A stretch of DNA of 64,000 nt from the human T2T-CHM13v2.0 reference genome, Homo sapiens, in NCBI RefSeq assembly GCF_009914755.1, contig NC_060936.1. One strand, given 5' to 3'. The stretch's first letter is position 1. Every line of letters starts with the position of its first letter. Made by a program: the position numbers and the translations under genes. Of the stretch, positions 26,766-41,178 are shown piece by piece. A model generated the notes under the pieces. That model saw only the letters and a program-made list of their open reading frames with translations, did not search any database and was not told the origin of the DNA.

Positions 26766-29473
26766 TGGTAGAAGTAGCACGTGGTTGGAAGGAAGCACCT
26801 GAGGATGGCCACCTTTTCACCATGGAAACGCATAGGATATTTCCTCAACCCACTTTCTTCTTCAGAAGTCCACACCAGCCATGCCAAGGCCTAACACCTA
26901 AATGCTCCTGGTGACCTGCTCATGGGTAACCCACTCTGCTGCCTTTGCCACTTGGGGGAGGGGGGTAATCTACTTCTACTCTGCTTGAGACTGGTCAGCT
27001 GCTTTGCAGAGTCTTCCCTAAATGTCTAGAGAGGTTAATGCTGGGAGAAATTTAAGCATAAAGACAAAGATTGCTCTCCACTTTCCCCCAGTACCTAAAC
27101 TGGGAATCGCTACTCCCAGCTCCTACAGCTGCCCTAATGCAGTTCAGAGCAGTGGGCTTGGCCTTCAGAGCTGCGTAGAGGAAAGAATCTCCTCCCAGCT
27201 CTTCCACCTCCCATGGAGAATGGCCCAGTAGAGACCTTGATGACAAAATGCCTTTTGCTAAGGTGAGGCCACACAGGAGACTAGTGCCTTCCATCAGGGA
27301 TAACAGTGATGAGCAGAACAACGTAAGTCCCTGATTCATTGCCTGGAAGGTAGAGAGGTTTTCAGTTTTATGTTCAAACACAAGAAAATGCCCATGTGTT
27401 TATATGTGAATCTCTAAGGAAAAGATTGAAAAAATCAACCTCATCACCCTGAATCAAAGCAGAAATTGAGGCATCCCAGCTCTGCCCTTGCTGGGTACAT
27501 AATGTTGGGTGGTTTCACCTTTTTAAATCTTAGTTTCCCCATCTGAAAAAGTGAAGCTGATAATTCCAGTGCATAGGTGGCTGTGATGATAGAATAAGAT
27601 CATTTTCAGAATACTTAACACAGTGGTATATAATAAGTGCCCAATAATGGTGCTATCATTACAATGATTATTATTTACTTGGTGCCTGTTATAACTAGAA
27701 GTATAGAATCATCAAATATTAGACATGCTCCAGCCTTTCCTCTTAAAGATGAGGAGCGTGAGCCCAGAGATGTTAAGTGATTTGTACAACGTCACTTCCC
27801 TGGTAAGTAGCAGAACCAGAGCCAGCCCTCAAGGCACCGCCTCCCATGAGATCTATGATGAATGAGCTTGAACTGCAACACAAGCCACAGCTCAAGACTT
27901 TTAAAAGAATGTAACTCCACTTTCTTCCCCTGGAGACTGGGAACCAAATCTGAGCAAGTAACCCCCCACCAAGAGCCTGAAGTGGAGAATGAGGGCTGGG
28001 CCCTGAGGGTCCTCCCTGAGCAGAGCGTCTGCCCAGGAATCAAAGCAGTGAAGTCAAGTGACAGAAACTGCTGATGTTGGGGAAGAAGCCACTTTGAAGG
28101 CCATATCTTGGCTGACTCAGCCTAAAAGCGCTAGGGTGTATTTAGACCCCTCACCCCAAACCTGGAGCTTAGTAATATTCAAAAATGTTGGTTGACTCAG
28201 AACAAGAACATTAAGGCTATCTGACCTCTGAACTTAGGAGTCTTTGAGTCGATACGCTGGTCTTTCCTGGAGACCTTCGCCAGCCTCTGTTTCCTGACCT
28301 GTTCTGAGAGCTGCCGTCTGCTCCTTGCAGCTCCTGAATCACTGATAGAACATCTGCCAAGGCTTCCTTGGCCAAAGGTCTGCCCTAAAGAGCAAAGATG
28401 TGTGTATGGGCGAGCACCTCCCCTTTCTGGTTTAAGGAGGCCTCTCCTCATGTGTCAAGGGCTGGCCACTCTGAATTGGTTGCCCCCGCCCCATGCAGTG
28501 CCAAAGCTGGAATCAGCTTCTGTTGGCTGACCACTCAGAGGCAACGGTTTCCAGTCAGTGTCTTGATTAGCCAGGACCGTAGAATAGTCACACACTTACT
28601 GGGTGCAGATGTAGTTGACCATGCAGTCAAACACCCACTTATTCATCAGACTTCTGATTAAGCTACACTTCCAGAAGCATTCAAAAAGGTCTCACTGCTC
28701 CATGAAATTGACTGTCACATTAACAGTCACTAGCATTCTCTGTGTCAGGCTCCGTGCTCGGCGTGTTCGCTAGATTCGCTCAGTTAATGCTCATGGCAAC
28801 TCAGTGAGCTGGTGCTATTCCTGTGTCCATTCTACAGAGAAGGCAAGTGAAGCTCACCAGGCAAAATGACCTCAATCCCAGCAGGTGAGAAATGCAGGAT
28901 GCAGAGCTGAGCCCAAGCGATGTGAATCCATCACTTCTATCCCTGACCTCTGTGGTGTACTCTCCCCAAACCCATAGGACGGGTTCATCCCATGCTTTTA
29001 AATGACAGGCGAGAAATGGAGAGGGGAAGAGCAGAAGCTGCAGTAGGAAGGGTGAGAGGAGCGAGCAGGCAGGCACAGAAGCAATCAGCACAGACTGCGG
29101 GAAACAGCCAGCAGGCACACAGAATCCCAGCAGGAAGCTGCGAAGGCAACCGCCCAGAGGCCTGCAGCAGGGCTGGGCTGCTTAGCAGAGGGACCGGCAG
29201 CCCTGCAGATCTTCATGGCCCTTGAAAGAGAGCAAAGCCACTAACTGAATAGCACTGCAGTCTTGGAGCCTTCTGGGACTGGGAGAAGTGGGTGTGAAAC
29301 CCTGCATTCCAACAATTAAGGATAATATGATTTTATAGCCCTGCACAGTAACTCATCCTCATAAATTATGTCCTTCAGTCACTAAGGAAAGATTGAACAG
29401 TGCTTGGTGTGTTGTGCTTGTGAAGGTAGAGAAGATGACTCCATAAAGCTTCCATTTAAAGTGTGGAAATTCA

Positions 29474-29782
29474 GGGCTGCGCATGGTGGCTCATGCCTAT
29501 AATCCCAGTGTTGGGAGACTGAAGCAAGAGAATCATGCGAAGCTAGGAGTTTGAGATCAGCCTGGGCGACATAGTGAGACCCTTTCTCTACAAAGAAAAT
29601 ATTTTTTAATTAGCTGGGCTTGGTGGCAGCACCTATAGTCCCAGGTATTCGGGAAGCCGAGGTGGGAGGATCACTTGAGTCCAGGAGTTTGAGGCTGCAG
29701 TGAGCCATAGTCATGCCACTGCACTCCAGCCTGGGTGACAGAGCGAGACTCTGTCTCTAAAAGTAAAAAAGAAAAAATTTTT
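29474..29782 (+). mobile_element. AluJ, full length
   Basis: Dimeric Alu with J-type text (ggaggatcacttgagtccaggagtttgaggctgcag). TSD TGGAAATTCA at 29464 and 29785. Confidence 0.93.
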
Positions 29783-30410
29783 AATGGAAATTCAAAGACT
29801 TTTGGCCCTGAGAGGGTTAGACCTCTTCTATCTGGAGCATGCACACATCCAGAACACCTATTTCTGATGAGGCCAGATAAAGTCAATATAAAGAATAGAT
29901 ATTAAAGGATTTTTTCAAAATACTTTATTATCTGATGGTCCTCACATTAACCCTATGCAAGACATAGGACTGGTGCTCTTATGGATAATAATCAGATTAT
30001 GATTACTTCCCCTCAGAAAGCTCAATCTCCAGTCGACTAGAATAAAGACAACGGTGATGATGACATTCTTGAAATTGCACTTGAAGCTGTAATGAGGTGG
30101 AAGCCTCTGGACTCTGGTTGCTTTTTGTTTTAAGCGACTGCAAACAGAGGGCTTGGGAAGTGCGCCTCCAGTTGGCAAAAGGCCCACGATTTCTTACATA
30201 GGTAGTCATCCCATCCCTTTTCCCACTGGGAGATGGGCATGTCTTGTCCCCAAAAAGCAGAGGACCCGGGAGGTAGGCATTTTACAGCCAGGAAGTATCG
30301 CTGGACCATGGCCCACAGTTAAGACACAGTATCTGGGACCAGAAGAAAGCAATAAAAGGTCAGGACACACGTGCCTTGTGGGTGGGAGCAGAAGAGATGG
30401 CCCAACATAC

Positions 30411-31070
30411 ACAGTCATGTTATGGAATGTAACCCTTACATGTTATGGAATGTAACCCTTATTCATGACGGTTACATTCCATAAAGTCACCACAAACATG
30501 AAGTAGTGGACACTGAGACGTTGGTCCTGAGGAACTACAGAGTTGTTTCCTGTGAGCCTCTGCCCACATTTTGTCAACCAATCAATACATAACCTTGTTT
30601 TAAGTGTGTTTCTATTTAAAGACACCTTATTTAATATATATGATTGATTCATGAACATTAAACTCCTGGCCACTAGCACCGTAACTCGCACCTGCGTGAA
30701 GCTTATTTAATGCACGTGTGTTCTCTGTGCAGCACATCATAGCCCTCCTACGCATAGTGACACAGGACGGCACTTCAGCATTATGCTTGGGGCCATTTTA
30801 AACAGCAAAATCACCAACAAAAAGCACAAAAATGAGAAAACATGGCACTAAGTGGACGGTGAAAAGGACACCTCACAGTATGAGAGCTGAATTGGGAAGG
30901 CAGAACTCTACATGCCCCTTGTTTGGCCTCAGCGGGAACATGTAGAGTTTTTGTCATCTGCACATGTCCACAGATGACTGAAAGTGCCACGAGTATTGAT
31001 TCTGGAGTTACAAACACATTTTAGTGAGTAGGCGCATTTGTAGATGTGAGATCCACAAATAAGGAGCCTG
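30411..31070 (-). mobile_element. MER82-like TcMar-Tigger non-autonomous element
   Basis: Characteristic internal text (aaagacaccttatttaatatata...cacttcagcattatgcttggggccattttaaacagcaaaatcaccaacaaaaagcacaaaaatg). Confidence 0.8.
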
Positions 31071-32676
31071 GGTGGTATCGATGATCAAAGGGCCTAGCAC
31101 ACCTCAGGCTATTGGTTGGATTCCACACACACCGCCCTGTGCATGCTTCACATCGCTGAGCCCTGGCCCCTGGCTCTCCACACCACCCCTCATTTTTCAT
31201 GTTGGCCATTGCTGGCGAGAGATGCAGTCCTGTCTCGTGACAAATCCCACAGCTGTGACTGATTGTCTTGCCGGCTTCAGTCCCTGGGCCCAGTGCAGAC
31301 TGTCAGGCTGGGGCTCCATGTCTTCATTAGCTCAGTCCCCAGAGCAGGAACATGGCTGGCATCCAGGCAAGGAGATAAAGAGAGCCAGGCACTGCCACCA
31401 GCAGATCCTTTACCGCGGGAAACCTTGGCTCATCTTCCATCCAGCCTCAAGCCTGTCTGTGCCTCATACTCCATGGGATCCAGCCATGCTCCAGATCTGA
31501 CTAAAGCCCTTCTCCATCCCTCTCACACTCCCAAAACACATCCTTCCTCTATGAGGAAAATTATCTTCAAGCCAGGCAGAATCACCAGCATACCTCGTGT
31601 TCTGTTTCTCCCCCTGTAATGTTTATTTTAGATCCCCAGAGGCCTTGGGGTATAGATGGTGAGCTTCATTCCATGGGACTGATGCTGTAAAACAGGATTG
31701 GGCCAATTGTCCCTATTCCAGTTGAGTCCCAGTCCTATTCTCCCAATTCCAAAAGAAGGATGGGAAGGTGTTTTGTAACCAGAACTTGAACCCTCTGCAC
31801 AGTCACTCAAAAGAGCTGAAGTGAGCCCTTACAAGGGACTGTGAAGTTCAGCCCCTTGCAACTCCAAACCCACCCCAGAGGGGTGCAAATGGAGGTAGAC
31901 AGAAAGACAGTCAAGAGAGGAGGCCTTGAAACATAGTTTTTGGAGTTGATTTGCATAGGGAGAAAAATGCTATATGAGGTTACTGTCTCCAGGAGCAAGA
32001 CTAAGGCCCCGAAGGCTTAACCAGGTACAGGGGATAAGAGGTTAGGAGGAGAGGGGATGGCATCTCTCTATGATCATCCCCAGAAGGGAAGGAGCAAAGT
32101 TTCCCTCGCCATTGTGAGCTGTCAATCTGTCCCTTTTCCCTAGCATAAAAGTCCTTGGGAAAAAAATGAAGGTACCCACTGGTTGGCAGGAAGCCCAAGA
32201 AACAGCAAGTACAATCCAATTAGAATTGGATTCAATCAAATTTAAGAAGAAAATTCAATCCAAACCAGAGCATCATTAAGGCAGCAGTTGAAGAGAACTG
32301 GTTAGCTTGACAGCCCCCACATTCTCCCAATTAAAAAGTTCCCTAGGCCCCACCCCAGCCCCAACTCCATCTCACCATAAAGATGGTGCATGCTGAAATT
32401 AGTGCTCTCCCAAGTGGCACAGGCCAAATGCAAGCACTAGGCAGTGCAGGTAGTGATGGAGCTGCCCCACATGACAGTAGACTCAGAAGCAGAGCCCTTT
32501 GCCCTCTTATGGTTTGTGGTGCTGTCCCTCCTTCCATGGTGCCTTTCCTAGAGTGTGGCTTCAGCAAAAAATTCTCCAAGGTGCTTCCAGCAGCCTCGTG
32601 CCCTGAACTGGGCCTTCATGGGTGAGAGAGGAAGACATCATGGCTCCAAGAATTAACCAAGATGTCCTATGCATGT

Positions 32677-32715
32677 ACACACACACACACACACACACAC
32701 AAATACACACATACA
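32677..32715. repeat. (CA)n microsatellite, partly interrupted
   Basis: Read directly from the sequence. Confidence 0.9.
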
Positions 32716-33248
32716 TGCACCACCAAGGGCCTCATTCCCCAAAGACTGCATATCAAAACCAAAAATACTCCCCTATGCCTATTTTGCAAGAAAAGGCACA
32801 GACTTGCTTTGAGGGTTGAGAATTCACTTTGTTGATGATTGCCTTCTCCTGCCAGCCTCCTCCTTGCTCAGAAAGTGAATTCGAAGTCAGAGAGAAAATT
32901 AGGACAGAATCATAGAAAAGAAATAGTTATTGTGTCAGAAAGTTTTCAATAGGCCATTCTTCCAGCAAATCCCACCCCAGTTTCAATTTCTACTCATTAT
33001 TACTTTAAATCAAATGCATCATTTAACTTTTATATCATCTTGATTTTATGTATTTTTCTATTCTGATTGGATTTCTTTAAACCAAAAGGGCAGCCCCCAG
33101 GACATTTTCTTGTGTTTGGAATCTTCATTTGTCTCCATGTGGGAGAGAACCTTCTCTAGATTAGAAATCCTTCCAGGAATGCTGAGTGGCAGGTTGAGCT
33201 CGTCATAAGAATAGAGATTGAGGACATTAAATCTCCTGGGTCCCAAAT

Positions 33249-33455
33249 CAGTGGTATACTGGTAAATATTTAACAATTGGCTCTCTATGGGGAAAGCCCT
33301 GGTTTTCAGCATTTGCCAGTTACCATGGTGTAAATATTCCCACTGTGGCCGATCTCAAGCTACCAGCGAGACATCCCTGAAGCCAGAGTTGGGAAGAGAC
33401 ATGAATGATTGGCTCTCAGGACCTGGGGCGAGTGAGTGGGCTTTGGTACACTGCC
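33249..33455. mobile_element. MER63-like hAT-Blackjack relic
   Basis: cagtggtatactggtaaatatttaacaattggctctc...ggtgtaaatattcccactgtggccgatctcaagctacca...gagttgggaagaga, homologous to 24606-24813. Confidence 0.7.
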
Positions 33456-33813
33456 GGTCCTAAAACCTTGTGTCACCTGGAGACCCTTGGGAGAATTTTA
33501 AACTACCACTCAATACTGGGTGGGATGGAAATGCATGTTCTGGAATGGTGGTGGAGGTTTTTAGTTACTGCTTGGAACGAGTTCCCAGGTCTTCGGAGAA
33601 CAGTTATTAAAAAGCAAAGCCTGTGATCATGATCCAGGAAAAGAGGGAGATGGACTTCATCCATCCCCTTAAGCCTCTCCTGGCCAGTGTCAGGAATGTC
33701 CCCTTACTGACGCTTCCCATCGAGGTGATAGTAGACCTAACCTAGGCTGACTAGCGGAGCTGTCTGTGGAAAGTAGGGGCGTGTGGGCAGGTTTCTCCCT
33801 GCAAAGCAATTAA

Positions 33814-34338
<525 letters not shown>

Positions 34339-34817
34339 TGAGATTTTGCTAAGGCAGAGGCTTTTTTAAAATCAGAGATCCTTCTCCTCCAGGTTCCACC
34401 TCTTTGGGCAGGGGCACAGGCTTCCCGTTTGAAAGCGCAGGCTTGTTTAAAAGGAACAATGTGTGCCAAGCAGCTGCCTGGAAAACTTTATACCTGCTCA
34501 GGATTCCTTCCCCCTTTGCAGATTTCCATGCACCACTGAGCTTTCTCATAGGAAAGGTAGTGAAAGGTTTTCCTTAAGGGGGTTAGATTCAAAGACCTGG
34601 GGAAGTGCTAAGTGGGAGTGTTGGGGGAAGCCCAGAGGAATTCGGCAGAATGCAATTAGGTGATGGAAGTTGAGCCAATTCCCTTCCTTGGGGGTTCACG
34701 TGGCCCCTTGTTGGATAGGCTGTGGCTGAGATAGAAATGAAAGTGATGGATGACATTGACTCACAAATACGTAAAAAATGACGGATCATGAAAATTCAGG
34801 CTCTTACCAGACTAGCT

Positions 34818-35004
34818 CCATGGTTCTCAAAGCATGGCCGCTGACCAGCAGCGTCAGCATTACCTGGAAACTTGTTAGAAATGCAAAGTCTTGGGCCCCA
34901 CTCCAGATCTATTGACCCAGAAACTGTGGGAATGGGGCCCAGGAATCTCTGTTTTGACAACTCCCCCAGGTGATCAAGATGCATAGTAAATTTGAGAAGC
35001 TTTG
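34818..35004. mobile_element. MER5A
   Basis: ggttctcaaagcatgg...cagcagcgtcagcattacctggaaacttgttagaaatgcaaa...ccaggtgat...tttgagaagc. Confidence 0.85.
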
Positions 35005-36987
35005 GGTTAACTCTAACCACTCTCTATATCTCATTTGGCCTTGATCTCTGTGACTCGAATCATACTCTTTCTTTCTTTTTCTGTGTGTGATATCTTTCTC
35101 TTTCACTATACATGTTTGAATAGGTGCATTTTTGTCCTCTCAAGCAGCCTTACTTAAAAACAGTTTCCTAAACACTGAGCATCTAGAGTACTCCACGAAG
35201 CAAACAGGTTAAAGAGCCATCCAGGGCATTTGCTGCGTGGAGTCATGCTGGTAAAGACAGGGAACTGGAACTTCACCCTGAGCAGAGAGGATGATGAGAA
35301 GAGCTGCCAGGAGCAGAAACAGGTGCAGGAAGAAAGGACGAAGATAGCCAAAGATGTTCACGGGAGCAGAATCTCTGCTCCCTCATTTCAAAGATAGCTT
35401 TAATAAATCTATCAACTGCTCCCTTTCTGATAACGCTGCTCAAGGAGCAAATACAAAATTAAAGCACACAAACAACAAGGGACTGTTAACAACATAATGT
35501 AGTAACCTAAGGAGGCCTTTGTGCTCCATTAAGTGGTTTTGCAAGTTGGAATACAGGGCCTTTGATGGATTATAACAATGAGGGTCTTCCTGGAAAAATG
35601 CCTGACACCTTCTATTACACTGTTGATGGAACTGAGGAGTAGTTGATTAGTTTGTGGCACTGAGTGGTATGGTAAATAAATAAGTTGGCCTGTGAGCCAC
35701 GGAGAAGCCTACCTCTAAAATGCAGGAATTTGTATGCTGGCTCCTGGCTCCACCCTAAGTCAGAGCACTGGTGCTACCTTGTGACTGACGGTGATGAGCA
35801 TTTCTGTAGCGCGTGTTATTGAAAACCTGCAGTAGCCACTACACGCTTAGCAGCCAGTGGTTATCCACCGAGATAACAGAACGTTGCTATTCTGTTCTCC
35901 GCCTAAAACAGGAGCTTCCAAGGGAGAGTGTGCTGCTTCTCCATCTAACCCATTAAATGAATAAATTGTTAGGAGAGTTCCCAGCATGGAGTATTATTTG
36001 CTGCTGGAGCAGATCACACTGACAAGGCCCATCTACCCAAATTTCTTGACAAACTTTGAGAAGAGCATAATGAGCTGCCTAACCCAATAGACAGTCTCGC
36101 TAAGATTTTCCTAAGCCTAGATAAGGATGGCCTTAGACTCTGGAGACTGGTTTCTCTCACCTTGCACTGCTTCCTTACGGCTGGAGGAGCCCTGGGGGTC
36201 TGTTTCTTGTCCTAAGAGGACTGGAGTGGGAGCCTGGCTCCTTCATTAGTGGAAATGCTAATTAGTGGGACAGTTCCAGGGGATGAGGCAGGGGAATGAA
36301 TATTTTAAAAAGCAAGATGTAGAGAGTAAGATAGACACATGCAATGAAGTGGAACGTGAGAGACAGGAGTGGAGCTGGGAAGAGACTGTGTCTGTTGGGG
36401 AAGTCCAATTAAAAGTAGAATTGATGTGATGAAATGATTAAGGAATCAGAGGCCTAATTCACTTGCAAAAAAGGTAAGACAGTGGCTCAGAAACTATCTT
36501 CCTGTCTTGAGAATTTCATAGATTGCTCTTTGAAACAAATACAAGGGGAGAAATCCTGCTACGTTTGAAGCATGTGTGTTTCAATTACCGTAATATCTTA
36601 GCCTTTGAAATTTCTAAAAGACTATAGTATGGTATGTTTGCCAATTCTCTTCAGCTCAAAAGCCAAGTCATCTTTTAAGAGAAAAGGCCGATCACTCTTC
36701 ATCAGCAGCTGTGGTGACTCCGCTTCTCCCCTGGGCAGCATCTGGATGCCCGTGGTGTGAGGCTGGGGAGGTGGGGCTGAGTGCAGTGCAGGAGCTGCTT
36801 GGTGACACCCAGCATATCTTAGGGGAGCCCAGGGATTCTGTTTCCTTAGGGAAAGCTGCAAAAGCCACCAAGGAGTAGAAAAAATGGGCTGGAAGGACAA
36901 CAGAAAGAAAGCGTGCAGTTGGGGACATTTCTCTAAATATTAGTGTAAGTGAAGTGGCCCGTAAGTTATATACAAAAATATGTTCCA

Positions 36988-38270
36988 GTTCATTCATTCA
37001 TTAGTCCACCCATCCACACATGAAAGGTCTGCTCTCTGCCAGGCACTGCCATAGACACTGGTGATAGAGCAGTGAACAAGGGAGTCAAAAGTCCCTGCCC
37101 TCGTGGAACTTAGATTCTAGTAGAGAGACAGGTGGTAAATTAAATAGCATGCCAGAGAGGGGGGAAGCAGTGAAGGGGGAAGAGTGTTGAGAGGTTGTGA
37201 TTTTAAGGGGTCAGCCAAGGAATGTCTCACGATCGAGGCAGCATTGGAATAAAGACGTGGAGGCTGGAAGGAAAAGCACCATGCAGATAGTTGGGAAAGG
37301 AGCCTTCTAGAGGCTAGCGAGAAGGGGCCAATGAGAAGGGGCCACGCTGATGAATCCGGAGCTGAGGAGGCTTGTGCAGCTGGAGAGGAGGGAGTAAGGG
37401 GGTGAATGGTGTAAGGTGAGGCTGTGGGACCCAAGGAGTAGGGTATATAAACTATTGTGAGAACTTGGCTCTTACTGGGAGTGAACCAAAGAGCCTCTGG
37501 GTATTTAATTGCTATTGAGCAGAGAAGCAACACGATCTGACAGACACTTATCAGGATCCGTCTGCCTGCCATGTGCAGAATGGAATGAAGGTGGGCCAGG
37601 GAGAGGCAGGGGTCCCGTCAGGTGCCTGCTGCCTCAGGAGATGCTGGGCCTGGTCTTGACACCCATGGAAGTGATAAGGTCAGACTTCAGGATGATGTCA
37701 TTTGCAGACGCGTCAGATATGGGATGTGAGAGAGAGAGGTAGGGCATTTTCCAAGGCAATTGTCCTAAACGATGGCAAGAGGGGAATTGTCATTTATGGA
37801 TATGGGGAAGTCTGTGAGAGGAACGGGTGTCAGGGCAGGAGGATCAGGAAAGCCATCTGAGACCTTTAAGTTTGAAGTGCCTATTAAACATCCAGGTGGA
37901 GATGTTGAGTATGTAATAAGGAATGAACCTCTCCAGGAGAGAGATCTGTGGCTGAACTGTAATTTGGGAAGTCAACAACATATAGAAGATACTTAACCCC
38001 TGGATCTCTGGATAAGATCACTGGGGTGTGAGTGTAGACAGAAGTGAGATGCTGTCCAAGAACTGAGTCCTAGCCCTACTGATGTTTGGAGATTGGGATA
38101 CAGGGAAAGAACCAGCAAACAGGACTCCTAAAGGCATGGCCAGAGAGACAGGAGGGAATGCAAAGGAAGGGGTGTGAGCGTTGCTGCTGTGACTGGAAAC
38201 TGACCATTGGGCTTAGCAATGTGGGGCTCACTTGCTGGTGCCTTAACACAGGCTGTTGGATGAAATGCTG
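36988..38270 (-). mobile_element. L2 LINE fragment (about 1.3 kb)
   Basis: ttcattcattcatt 3' tail and typical L2 segments (gtttgaagtgcctattaaacatccaggtggagatgttgagt). Boundaries approximate. Confidence 0.75.
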
Positions 38271-39435
38271 GGGAGAAAGCTTCCTGGCAAATCAGCCTTA
38301 CCCTGTGCATCTCTCGAGTCTGCATGCCTCCTGCAATGGCATGGAGCGTTGCTCTGCAGGCTTCTTGCTTCTTTGGCATGGCCCAGCTTCCAGCCATCTG
38401 AAGAGTCTGGCCATCAGGAAACCAGAAAGAGGAGAGGAGGAGACTCACACAGACTCTAGCATGCCCATGGCCTCAAGACAGTCAGTGTCTAAAGCTTAGC
38501 CCATCACGATGTTCCCTTCTACAGCAATGCCAATACTAGCCACTGCCTCTGCAATGGGTTACAGTCTTGGAAAAAAGAGGACGTGATACTCAAGAGCCAT
38601 TTCAGAGCCAAAAAGGCAAAAAAGGGGCAAGAAAGGGGCATGTTTATGTACTGTTGCCCTGGATGTGGCTTCCTAAGTGGGGCAGCCAAGAGCCAAGCCC
38701 CTTTTCTCTCTGGGTAAAGACTAGGATAATGTTGAGGTCTCCCCACTCTAGTGACTGCTTCTCCCCTCCCTCTGAGCAGCAGTGAGAAGCCCCTGTGAAG
38801 GGACCCATTGCAGAACTGTCATTAGTGCAGGGTTATTGTCATCAGCAGAGATGCACTGCTCAAAGGGACAGGGCTCATCTTCCAGCTCCGACGTTAAATC
38901 TAATAGAAGGTCAGACACTACAGGGAGAAGCCATAAAGAAAAAGAGACAGATTCTCTTCTTTTTCCTCTTCAAGATGAAAAAACACATCTATTAAATATC
39001 CATCCTTACAGGAATCTCTCTTTCATGTCATTAAGACAACTTAAATGCACCCTGGCTCTCTAAAGCTTGCAGTTCAATACAGACATTGATGTGGATGAGC
39101 ACGTAAACAGACAGACAGACAGTGGAACCAAAATATTGAATTTCCATGCAGATAAGCAGGATTAAATATTTACCCCATGGTATCGAGTTATGTGACTCGG
39201 GAGCCACTTTTGCAGTCATCACCAGCTAGCAGAGCCACGTGCCTGCTGCCTGCCCAACAGAGTCTAGGATCACATATTACTGAGACAGGAAATTGGAAGG
39301 CTTGTAAGAGCTGCAGGTTGCCCACGATAGGGCCCCATGTGGCTTGAGAGCAGTAACCTGAATATCGCTGATTTACATTATTTTATATGTGTCAAGGGCA
39401 TGTACATAGTTATTTGATCTTTAAAAAAAAATCAG

Positions 39436-39749
<314 letters not shown>

Positions 39750-41178
39750 TTATCTAGATCTCTCGATACCTACAACACAATCCCATGTCATGGCACATAC
39801 GAGTCACACAAACACATGTGAAGCATCTGGCTCAGATTACATGAGAAGACATGCCAATATTTGTTTTTGTCCTTGATTCTGTTCATACCTTGCACTGTTG
39901 AGTGATCATGCTGCCAGGCCATGAAGTGAGAGCAGATCCTTAAGGCAGAGCCTGGAAGTAGCTCCTGGGCCTTCACGTTAACTCTTAGCTGGTCCTAATC
40001 AGAGCCCTGGAAACTTTAGTGCTGGAAAGTTGCTGGAGAGATCAGGTGAGGAAACTGGAGCCCAAGGTGGGAAACAGCCACCTGCCTAAATGTTACTGAA
40101 GTCAGCACTCAAACCCAGGGCTCCAGATTCCCCATGCAGGACCCTGCCCAGCAGACCACAGTGCTCCTTACAGAAGGCTTCTTGGATACCCAGGCAGCAG
40201 CACTCCCTAACTGTCCCTCTGTCCCCCTAGCTCTTGGGGCACATCCCCATTTATCTTGTGGAATTACATCCACCTCTTTACACTTGCTTGCTGGGCTACA
40301 CTGAGAGGTCCTTCTTGGGGCTGCCTTTAATTCACCGTTGTGTCCCCATGACCTGACACAGGCCAGAGCATGGGAATGTCATGGCACATATGAGTCACAC
40401 GAACACACGCAAACGCGAGTGCATGCCATATGCCAGTTTTGGCAAAGCACCTTCTGCCATGCTCTAAGCTGTTGGAACAGGTGAGCTCACACTGCCCCTG
40501 GACTGAGTTGGCTCATTGTTCTGTCTGCTCAGAATTGACTTCCTTGTGGCATCACCGATGACATCCTTTCAAAGTCATTTCCTTTCATGAACACGGTTGC
40601 TTTCCAATAGCCCTCAGTCACTCTCAACTCTTGGAAGGCACCATTTGGAAACAGGCGAATAAGCACAGAGCCCCCCATACGTGTGGACAGTGGCGATGAC
40701 AGGGAAATTGAAGTGCCGTGGGAAAGCATTGGGAGTTCTTAAGCAACGAGATTTTGCTGTTCCCTGAAGACCATGGTGGCTAGTGGGGCTGTGTACTGGG
40801 GCTCTGCAGTGAAACCACTGATGGATATTTCTGGTTCTGGTAGTCATGAATACCCATGGGCGAGGTCCTGTGGACTTGGTGTTGTGAGAGGCATCTCACC
40901 CAAAGCGGGGCGTGGGGGCCATGTTGTAGTAAGGATCCAGAAGGGGTCTGTTCATTGGTAGCACATTACCTTTGGAGCACAGCCTGGCTGCTGTGCTATC
41001 TGGCCCCGTAAGTGTACAAATGCCATTTTCCCAGCCAGGGGAGCAGTGGAAGAGCTATGGAAAGGCTGTATTGTGTATACAGTGCGAAGTAGGCACGTCA
41101 GCCTGTTTCAGTGAGCTGTCGGACACTTCCCAAAGCAAAACCACCAGCTCTGGGCAAGGCTTGCTAGGTTAAGCTGTT

